From: Octopus vulgaris | Taxonomy: Eukaryota | DNA length: 64,000 nucleotides | Direction of reading: 5' to 3' | NCBI GenBank assembly: GCA_951406725.2 | Contig: OX597823.1 | Location: 1,736,001-1,800,000 of the forward strand | Part shown: piece after piece, positions 55,001 to 64,000 of the stretch | Layout: every line of letters begins with the position of its first letter | How positions within the stretch are numbered: the first letter of the stretch is position 1 | The notes under the pieces: generated by a model | The model's database searches: none | The model's input: the letters and a program-made list of their open reading frames with translations, nothing else | Told to the model about the DNA's origin: nothing | Position numbers and translations under genes: made by a program

Positions 55001-55999
55001 GAATGATAAATGGCAAGAAAAACCTCTCTATGGCAAATACCCAAAGAGAGCGAATAATGCAGATGTTGATAAAACCCTGACCCATCAATGGCTAATGACC
55101 TCTGGCTTAAAATCTGAAACAGAAGGGTTTCTCATAGCAGCTCAAGATCAATGCCTACCAACAAGAAACCGTTCTGCACGCACTCGTGCAGTGTCCAACA
55201 ATTTCCGACCTGTGACCAACGTATTAAAGAACGGCAGTAGCCCAACATGTCGTGTATATCAACAACAAAATAAAACCATTGATCATGTTGTCTCCAAATG
55301 CAGTCTTCTAGCGCCTACAGAGTATCTCAACAGGCATGATAGAGCTGCACAATATATTCACTGGGTAATCTGCAAAAGCCTGGATTTTCCCCATGAAAAA
55401 AACTGGTGGGAACACAAACCACCTCCAGTGCTTGAAAATGACTACATCTCACTCCTCTGGAACTTCACCTTTCAAACTGACAGACAAATAGATTCAAATA
55501 GGCCAGACATCATATTGAAAGACTTCAAACAAAGAACATGCCTCCTCATTGAGATGACTGTCCCAATCGATATAAACGTATCTGTCAAGACCTACCATGA
55601 ACTGAGCAAATAAAGATCTTGAAATAGAAATCAGCAAAATGTGGAACCTGAAGACTAAAACAATACCTGTTGTCATAGGTGCCCAGGGAATGATAGCGAA
55701 AGGGGCTGATTGCTACCTAACTCAGATACCAGGAAACCCCAAAATGGCAGAAATTCAAAAAATAGTGCTCATGGGAACTGCTCATATCCTACGCAAAATA
55801 CTTTCTATGTAATCTCAAGTTTTAAAACAAACATACTTTTTTTTTTTATTGACATTCACTAGTACCACACTAAATACAAAACCAAATATATGGCACACTA
55901 GACATAACAACAACATGAACTTCCAACCTGTTGTCTCTTGAGGTCTCTGGTTGAGACTTGGAGCCAACTTGTACAAACATAAAGCAAAAGTCAAACATA

Positions 56000-56001
<2 letters not shown>
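52000..56001 (+). mobile_element. Near full-length R4/Dong-type retrotransposon family C (Myb-like, RT, CCHC, RLE), intronic and antisense to the host gene
   Basis: KWTREDNKEV Myb-like N-terminus; 548-aa ORF with RT motifs, then YMDD and RPDIIL; (TAA)n on both sides; several frameshifts. Confidence 0.95.
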
Positions 56002-56083
<82 letters not shown>

Positions 56084-56089
56084 TAAAAT

Positions 56090-56630
56090 TAAATCCCATA
56101 ATAAGTGGTACAGGCACCATTCAGAGGATGTAGTAAATGGTGAGGGCATCACCATCCTTTAGAACTTCCCAATACAAACAGAAGGAAAAAGTTGACTTCA
56201 ATCGACCAGACATTGTGATCAAGGACTACAACAGATGAACTTGTCTGTTAATAGATATATCTGTTCAACAAGATCAAGAAGTCTCAAGAAAACGAATACG
56301 AAAAGCATTGTCACTATAAAGATCTGCAAATTGAAATCACAAAAATGTGGAAGCTTAGGACTACAATAATACCAGTAGTAATTGGTGCGTTGCGAATGAT
56401 AAAGAAGGGAGCTGAGAAGTTTATTAAGCAACTGCCTGGTAACTTCAAATCTCCGTGAACTACAAAAGATAACCTTGATGGGTAAAGTCCATAGACTACG
56501 GAAAGCACTCTCCATCTAAAATGGAATAAATGCGGTGATAATTTTAGCATGCATAGCAAAACAAAAGTGTCCTTGCTACTTTTGGCCTTCGGAGGATGTC
56601 CGGTACTAAGGCAACTAAAATAAAGTTATA
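56090..56630 (+). mobile_element. Decayed 3' fragment of another R4/Dong family (D)
   Basis: NRPDIVIKD, YKDLQIEITKMW and IPVVIGAL, between (TAA)n tracts. Confidence 0.75.
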
Positions 56631-56642
56631 ATGATAAGAGAC

Positions 56643-56695
<53 letters not shown>

Positions 56696-56859
56696 CCCTA
56701 ATGTATGAAAACAAAATTCATCTCCGTGCGATTTGAACTCGGAATTCACAGAACTGAGAAAAAGACGAGCTTTCGTCCAACGGATCTTACAGTTCCGCCA
56801 ATTCATCGTCTATTGCTTGTAATTCTAATATTTAGTGGGCACTCATAAAATTTAGTTAT

Positions 56860-57283
56860 TTTTTGGCCTAGGATTGGCCCAGGCCATGTTTAATAGCACC
56901 AGCTGATAGGATCTATTAAGAGATTTTTAAGTCAAGCTTCGTGGTATCATGGCCCATTCAAGTTGGGGGTTGTTGACTGAAATGTATCCCAGTATAGGTG
57001 ACTTATCAGAGATTCCTTGAAGAAATGTGTCCAAATATCGTTTGAAGGTCATAGGATCTTTTTCTTCTTCCATCTGTTTTTGGGATAATGTTAAATAAAG
57101 CAGGGCCTGTTGAGGAAAAGTAATTGTGTCGCAATGAATTTATATGTTGTGAGCCTGAATTGGGTAGGAGACGTATGGTACATGGGCCTCACCTTGGATG
57201 AATTCTGAATCTAATGTTAAGGTGTGGTACATTCTCCACATTGTGCAAATGATGTAGCGCTCACGGCGGCGCTGGAGCGAATA
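56860..57283 (-). mobile_element. CR1-type LINE 3' fragment related to 27380-27820
   Basis: SLQRRRERYIIC motif and the shared 3'UTR TTGGCCCAGGCCATG..TAATAGCACCA. Confidence 0.75.
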
Positions 57284-57776
57284 ATATTTTTTTTAAAAAC
57301 TGATGACATTCGATAATGTATCCCGAGATACACTATTCCTAAAAGCAAAGATAGCTTAATAACAATTTGAAACATCTTTGATCACAGATCTGCACAATCA
57401 GGACAACACAACGAAATGAAAATATTCCGTAAGTCTTAAGTGTACAGGACGAGGCGTCGGGAACAGAAAGTTTACCATTTCTATCATCATCCATGGTAAA
57501 GCATTAGAAGGCTCTGTTTTTGCCTGTGCTGCGCTTAAACAGGCAAACTGCTGCACTCTAGGCGCTGGGAAGGGGACAAACAACAGAAATGGCAAACAAG
57601 TGTGTTGGTCTGTAATCGATGGAGTGGTCGCATGGAATGCCGAGATTCAAGTTCCACCGCTGAACCACTTCTTTATTTCTAGCAACAACGAACTTTTATA
57701 CGGTGACTCAATCTGCTAGAAATAACAGCCTACCGCTTTATAAAATGGCAGGACAGCAAAATAATGTTTGGGATAC

Positions 57777-57934
57777 AATTTCTGGTAATAAGACGTGATG
57801 GTCTTGTTTGGAACACATTTGATCATAGGCCGTCTACTCGATCAGAAGGCTGAACAAATTTCTAGTAATAAGACATGATGGTCTTGTTTGGAACACATTT
57901 GATCATAGGTCTACTAGATCAGGAGGCTGAACAA
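57777..57934. repeat. About 80-bp tandem duplication
   Basis: AATTTCT.GTAATAAGAC.TGATGGTCTTGTTTGGAACACATTTGATCATAGG occurs twice. Confidence 0.9.
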
Positions 57935-58095
57935 CAACCTCCATGGTACAAATGTTCTTCTCCAAGAAAGATCGCAGACGAACTGAAATAAAAATGAACG
58001 ACCAAAAATAGGGAATTTGGCATTTTTCTAATTTTTATCTTATTTACTTATTGTATTTCATTAGAAAAAAGTTGGGTTTTTTTGGGGTTTTTTAC

Positions 58096-58297
58096 CTTGT
58101 TGATTTAGTTTTCGAGGTGGTTCTGCAGTGAAGTCCATCTAAACACGGACATACTTGGTTCAAACTGTAATCTAATCCTCCTTTAGGGACATAACATTTC
58201 TGACCAATCTTCAGTTTCGGTTGGCAAATTCTTTCGCCATGTCTTCGAGCACAACACATACTGGAATCGCAATCTTTATCTGTCTGGCACCGTGCCC
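58096..58297 (-). CDS. Prohormone-3-like exon B (GARCQTDKDCDSSMCCARRHGERICQPKLKIGQKCYVPKGGLDYSLNQVCPCLDGLHCRTTSKTKST)
   Basis: Polypyrimidine acceptor ttctcttttttacag|GG and donor ACAAG|gtaaaa. 202 bp, phase 1 to 2, in frame with exon A. Carries the CCARxHGExIC and CxVPxGGLxxSxNxxCPC prokineticin/astakine-like motifs. Confidence 0.9.
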
Positions 58298-58344
58298 CTG
58301 TAAAAAAGAGAAAAAATTAAAACGTTATTGCTCGCAGTGCAGCG

Positions 58345-58727
58345 GGGCTGTGTGGTAAGAAGATTGCTTCCCAACCACTTGGTTCCAGGTACAATCCTAC
58401 TGTGTGGCACCTTGGGCAAACGTCTTCTATATAACCGATAAAGATTTGTGAAAGGATTTGGTGAACAGAAACTGAAAAAAGCCCGTCCAATATATATGTA
58501 TATATCTGTATGTGTGTGTGTGTGTTTGACCCCCACCACCGTTTGACAACCGCTGTAGGTGTGTTTACATCCCCGTAACGTAGCCGTTTGGCAAGACAGA
58601 CCGATAGAATAAGTACCAGACTATAAAAGCATAACTACTGAGGTCAACTGATTCGATTAAAAATCCTTCAAGGCAGTGCTCCGGCATGGCCGCAGTCTAA
58701 TAACTGAAGCAAGTCAAAGATAAAAGA
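58345..58727 (+). mobile_element. tRNA-derived SINE family 1 (intronic)
   Basis: Same head, core and tail as 7543-7990. Confidence 0.8.
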
Positions 58728-59403
58728 TATATGTATGATTGTGAGCACGCGCGTGTGTGTGCACGTGCTAAAGAAATATTTGTAAAGGTTACAGTGAACC
58801 TATTCCTTAGAATGGACTTTGCTGCTATTTGAGGGCGTCTGTAGGCCGACATATAAAACGTTAGATAAATTTTGTTGATTTTTCATGCGACAAGAATTAA
58901 AGGACGAATGAGAAATTATTTCTTTGAATAATGAAGATGAGATGATTTGTAGGAAATTGTTAATATTATTGGTTTTACTCCCATTACGGAATATTGGCTC
59001 CAAATTTTGGCACAAGGCCAGCAATTTCGGGTGGAGTGAGGGTTGAGTCGATTACATTGGCCACAGGGCTCACCTGGTACTTATTTTATCGACCTCAAAA
59101 TGATGAAAGGCGAAAACATAAAGACAGACGAAGAAAGCGTAATACGTTCGTTGGCTGGAACTGCCAACCTCTTGGTTAACAGCCGAACGCAGAAACCTAT
59201 TGCGCCACAGAGACCACACATCCATTACGGATGAAGTAATGGTGAGCGGAACCTCGATGAAATTGTAGAATATTATATACAGATTGCAAACAGAGAACAG
59301 GCATTAGAAGAAAAAACTTCAAAACATGGCCTCGATTGAATGAAACCCAAGAAAATAATATATTTGTTAATAAATAAATAAATAAACGTATTAAGGTAAA
59401 TAC

Positions 59404-59578
59404 CTCGACTGGTTTCCCTGGCTCGTTTTTCACATTGTCCATACATGCAGATGTTGTGACCCTCACAATGGCTGTCCTCACGGCAAGGTTCACCCAGAGT
59501 TCGATGATAATCGCAAATACCGTAATGAAGGTCACAGAACATATTGGAGTTACTACAGTCGCTGCTTTTATCACATAT
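59404..59578 (-). CDS. Prohormone-3/ITG-like Cys-rich precursor, internal exon A (ICDKSSDCSNSNMFCDLHYGICDYHRTLGEPCREDSHCEGHNICMYGQCEKRARETSR)
   Basis: Acceptor ttgcag|ATA and donor CGAG|gtattt. 175 bp, phase 0 to 1. Eight Cys with the FCDxHYGxC...GxxCRxDxxCxxxxxCMxGxC pattern I recall for invertebrate prohormone-3. Confidence 0.88.
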
Positions 59579-59622
59579 CTGCAACATAAACAACAACAAC
59601 AACAACAATAATAATAATAATG

Positions 59623-59672
<50 letters not shown>

Positions 59673-59676
<4 letters not shown>

Positions 59677-59987
59677 GCCCTGATGCAGTACCAGACAATA
59701 CCACAGATTTGTTTGTTAGTTGTTTGACCGTAATCAGTTGAGCATGTCCCTTGCTGGTTGATGATATGTGCATCTCTGACCATGAGCAGAAGTAGTGGGG
59801 AAGCATCATAGCCATGTGTTGAGGGGAGTTCGTTGGAGTTTGAATAATTCACCTCGGGAAACATGGGTGTTTGGTTCATCATCCTCAAACAATCCTTATT
59901 CAGGAACCTTTTAGGTGGGATTGGCTACTCAACATGAAGAAAATTCTAACTTGGCCCCGCAACGTCGTGCGCCGTTTATCTTGATAT
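59673..59987 (+). mobile_element. Deleted copy of the 45243-45800 element
   Basis: Direct homology to 45243-45800. Confidence 0.75.
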
Positions 59988-59994
59988 AATAATA

Positions 59995-60213
59995 ACCCTT
60001 TCTACTAAAGGCACAAATCCTGAAATTTGTGGGAAGGGGATTGGCCAATTACATCTACCCCAGTGTTCCACTGGTACTTACTTTGTCGTCCCCGAAAGGA
60101 TAAATAGCAAGCAAAGTCGACCCCGGCGGAATTTGAACTCAAAACGTAGCGACGGGTGAAATACCGCTAAGAATTTCGTCCAGCGTGCTAACGATTCTGC
60201 CAGTTCGCTGCCA
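59995..60213 (-). mobile_element. tRNA-derived SINE family 2
   Basis: Reverse complement of the family 2 head and body. Confidence 0.75.
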
Positions 60214-60317
60214 TTAAAATATTTAACAAGACCCCTTGTAATTCCTGGCAGAGATTTGAAACCTCCACCTCTAAACCCCTCTACCTACTGGGCCACCAAA
60301 GCAACGACAACAACAAT

Positions 60318-60358
<41 letters not shown>

Positions 60359-60394
60359 CGACAACAGCAACAACAACAGCAACAACAACATTGA

Positions 60395-61520
60395 ACGATT
60401 ACAAGAAAAGATTAATTTGGGCATGGCGTGTATCGATTATAAGAAAGCGTATGACATGGTCGCCCATTCCTGGATTTTAGAAAGCCTTGAACTGGCACAG
60501 GTGTCTGATTCTTTGAGCTCCACTTCTTTGAGATCAACTTCAAAGGGGAGAAGGGTCCCTTTGAGTCTTTTTAGATGAACCCTTCTAGAGATGGTGTCAC
60601 GATAAAAAATGCTGGTGGATTTGACACCATATCAACACTTTCTTCTACATGAGGATTTAAGACAAAAGGGGTAAATGAGGACAGAACCACAGGTGACGGA
60701 CTTTCAACCGGAACGAATAAATTGATTGAAGCCTGCATCATCTACAGAGGAAATAAAGTAGGCCTCGAACCAAACTGTAAATGATGGAATGAAGAAAAAG
60801 AACCTTGTTGGAAAAGAAGAATAAAACAATCAATGAACAAACTACGAAAGGATAAAGTGATGGAGAACGGGATGCAAGTCCCAAAAAAGACTGACCACGG
60901 GTAAAACAATTCGATTCCAGTAAAGGCAATGCAGTGGATAATTACCGGCCTATCACCTGCCTGTCCTTGATGTGGAAGCTGATGACAGGAATAATATCTA
61001 ATTATGTGTATAACCTCCTGGAAATGAAGGACAAACTGCCAGTGGAACAGAAAGGGTGCAGAAGGAAAAACCGAGGAACAAAAGATATAAAAAAAGGAAA
61101 CCAAGATCATAGATATTGCAACATCTGGAGATGCACGCATAAGTGACAAAGAACTGGAAAAGATTGAAAAGTACAGGCTACTAAAAGAGGAAATTGCAAG
61201 AATGTGGACTATGGAGAGAATGTCTGTCATTCCAGTAGTTGTATGGATACTCAGAGCAATAACGACTAAGTTCCAGAAATATGTCCAAAAAATCGGAACT
61301 GACATGAGAGTAGAACAAACCCTAAAACCTGCTCTGTTTGGGACAGCTAGGATTTTGAGACTGGTACTTGGATGTCGAGTGTCTCTCACGGTAATTAACA
61401 AGCCAAGTATCAAAGCTTATAATGTGCGGAAAGAGACCCTGTGAGGCTTCTGACAGCAGGCTATTGTCCGCTCTCACAGAATCTACCAGAACAATCAAGA
61501 CCGAACGCTCTGAATAGTAA
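60395..61520 (+). mobile_element. Scrambled R4/Dong family (E) fragments
   Basis: IDYKKAYDMV.HSWI near 60430; [14 protein letters not shown] at 60934-61085 is fused to KIIDIA..D...KE.EKIEKY; (TAA)n tail. Confidence 0.75.
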
Positions 61521-61535
61521 TACAACAACAACTAC

Positions 61536-61570
<35 letters not shown>

Positions 61571-61754
61571 TAATAATAATAATAATCCTTTCTACTACAG
61601 GCACAGAGCCAGAAATTTAATGGGAGGAGGCGAGTTGATTACTTCGATCCCTGAGTGGTACTTGTATCATCGACCCCAAAAAGATGGAAAGCAAAGTTTA
61701 GCTTGCTGGGATTTGAGACAGAGAAAATAGGTTTGAAACATATTCTTCGGTTTT

Positions 61755-62628
61755 TGTTGTTAGTTAATTTTTTTGGCTCAAAAAGCAAAAAGCAAGGCCA
61801 TGTAGGGGGACATGGAGTTATGTACAGGGTGGTGTTCATGTAAAGAGTTCAGGCCACTTGTGGTCAAGGGAGACTTTGAACCGAGCGGTCGTCGGCATCT
61901 TCACCTTCTCGTACGGCAGCTTATTCCACGGATCCGCAACCCGGACGGAGAAAGCCCCTCTCCTTTGATTGAGGCGAAATCGTCGAGAGCTTTTTGGAGT
62001 GACCCCGCAGCCGACGCTCTGGAGCAGGAGTGAAGAACAGCTCTTTTGAGAGGTTACACTTTCCGCTTATGATGTTGTGAGCAAGAATGAGATCACCACG
62101 GCATCGTCGTTTTTCTAGAGAATAAAGGTCGAGCGTCTTCAGCCTTTCTTCATAAGACAAATGCTTGAGACCAAGAACCATGCGGGTAGCCAGCTTCTGG
62201 ACTCTTTCGAGATGCTGTATGTCTTTGAGGAGATAAGGAGAAGAGGCTTGAATCCCGTACTCCAATATGGGTCTCACCAGCATGACATAGAGTGGTAGGA
62301 ATATGGCTGCTGTGAGCATTCCGAATGACCGTCGAATCAAAAACAGAACTCCGCGTGCTTTGTTGGCAGCATGGACGCACTGGGCCAAAGGCGAAAAGGA
62401 AAAATCCACCAAGGTACCCAGGTCCTTTACCTGATCGGTCCTCTCCAGCAGCAGACGACCCGGCTCGAAATCAAGTTGAGTTGCAGGAGGAGAGCCAACA
62501 GGCAGATGACAGCACTTTGACACGTTCAGACACAGGTCCCATTCGTTAGACCATCTCCAAACTCGGTGGAGGCATCATCGAAGATCATCTATATCACTGC
62601 GAGGAGCGACCAGTTTGACATCGTCGGC
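61755..62628 (-). mobile_element. CR1-type LINE 3' fragment (second family)
   Basis: ADDVKL, KDLG, LVRPILEY, LERVQKLATR, SYEERL and RGDLI motifs. Confidence 0.9.
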
Positions 62629-63340
62629 ATTGTTGTTGTTGCTGTTGCTGTTATTCTTATTCTTGTTGTTGTTGTTGGCAGTGGTGATGGTGGTGGTGTA
62701 TGAAAGTTGTGATAAAAGGTATTCCAGCCGTGACTAACCCGTCTTTTATTTATTTTTCGAGTGTCCGGTTTTTGTGGGGTGGAGGAGATGATGGAGCCTG
62801 ATTTAAGGCTGATTTATCTGCTATGTCTAGTAGATCAAACGACCACGATGTGCGTTGTGGGTCCTGATCATTCGTGGTAAGGTTTGTTACGTAGATGATG
62901 AGGAGGAGGAAGAGGAGCAGGGGAGGGGAGGAGAAGAAGGAAGACGATTACTAGTGCTGTTGTTTAGCCCAAGGTCAGTCTTGATTGCGCACACTTATAC
63001 TAAAAGATGTTACAACTAAGACTATCGAATCTTATTTTCCGACATAAGTCTATCTAGGATTCTAGATTTCAAGGTGATTTGGCTGCGATTTCTAACAGGT
63101 CGATGAAGTATCAAAGAAATTACGGAGTTCAGCAAACGAAAGACGTTGGAAAATTGTCAGAAGAATTGGTCGAAAGGAATACGAAGTAGTTTTGATGGGG
63201 AGAGAGTGAGACCGGAACGATGTGGTGGTGATGATGCTGGGCAGGAATATGATGACTGGAGAAAAGTCACCCAAAAAGAAGCTATTTGACCAGAAGCAAA
63301 AATAAATGATGGTGGAAAAGTGTCACATTTGAAATAAACA

Positions 63341-63467
63341 CCGTATTTACTCGTATATAAATCGAACTCATGTATAAGTCGTACCCCTAATTTAGCGTTA
63401 AAGTTTGGTACAAATTTCCCCCCCATCATAATTTTAGCTTTACCCCGTACTTTTCTCGAGTAAATCG
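63341..63467. mobile_element. Possible pogo/Tc1-type MITE relic
   Basis: Imperfect termini CCGTATTTACTCG and CGAGTAAATCG. Confidence 0.4.
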
Positions 63468-64000
63468 CACTAATAACACGAGAAAAATATTGTGAAGTCC
63501 CAGTCAAATGTTGGAGTTGGTTTAATCGACTGTCCCCTACACTCTCACTAAAAAAACAAAAATTCTGGGTTTATGCTTCTCTAAAATTTCTGCTGATAAT
63601 ACAGAAAAGGCTAAAGTTCCATCCCGAGTGATGTGCACTCGCAAGGCTGGTTTCCTGGATTCTGTGGCATGTGTATTCTTCCCTCCCTAGATGGGACGCC
63701 ACTCCATCGCAATGCATCGCCCGGTCGAGGAATCGAAACTGCAACTTTACGATCATGAGTCCGACACGCTAAACCAATAAGTCATGAGCATCCGACAATA
63801 CATAATTGGTATACAAAGTCAACAACAACAACACTGAGAGGTATTAGTTTAGCTAAAAAGCGAGCAATTTGATGGGCGGGGGATCAATCGCTTAATATCG
63901 ATCCAGTGTTTGACAGGTAGCTTTATTTTATCGACCCTGGAATGGTGAAGGGCAAAAATTATCGCCGACGAAATTTGAATTCAGAATGTAAAAAAAATCG

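Noticed and set aside
57398-57560. Alternative last exon for the prohormone-3-like gene (RVQQFACLS...)
   Set aside because: It requires skipping the first AG, which gives an immediate stop. The 51868 exon fits the W...RC C-terminus better.
59580-64000. Signal-peptide exon of the prohormone-3-like gene
   Set aside because: I found no convincing phase-0 exon; it probably lies outside the window.

Overview
Repeat-saturated animal genomic DNA. The SINE families, microsatellite load and transposon types suggest an octopus (cephalopod) genome; this is an inference. Almost all long ORFs in the supplied track are microsatellite artefacts or decayed transposons. One host gene is present and the ORF track largely misses it: three minus-strand exons (59578-59404, 58297-58096, 51868-51811) splice in frame into the C-terminal 144 aa of a Cys-rich prohormone-3/ITG-like (prokineticin-fold) protein. 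I did not find its 5' exon(s), which probably lie beyond the right edge. The rest of the window is transposon-derived or simple repeat: (i) about five families of R4/Dong-type RT+RLE retrotransposons, mostly stacked in (TAA)n tracts; (ii) CR1-type LINEs; (iii) mariner elements and derivatives; (iv) tRNA-SINEs; (v) an 8.6-kb (GAAA)n array with higher-order structure; (vi) a cluster of Penelope-type hammerhead ribozyme motifs in (TA)n islands at 23.7-27.3 kb; (vii) a 1553-bp TGT...ACA element with 138-bp inverted termini and a 4-bp TSD that carries a Gypsy LTR/PBS/gag fragment. All coordinates were read by eye and nothing was searched against databases.
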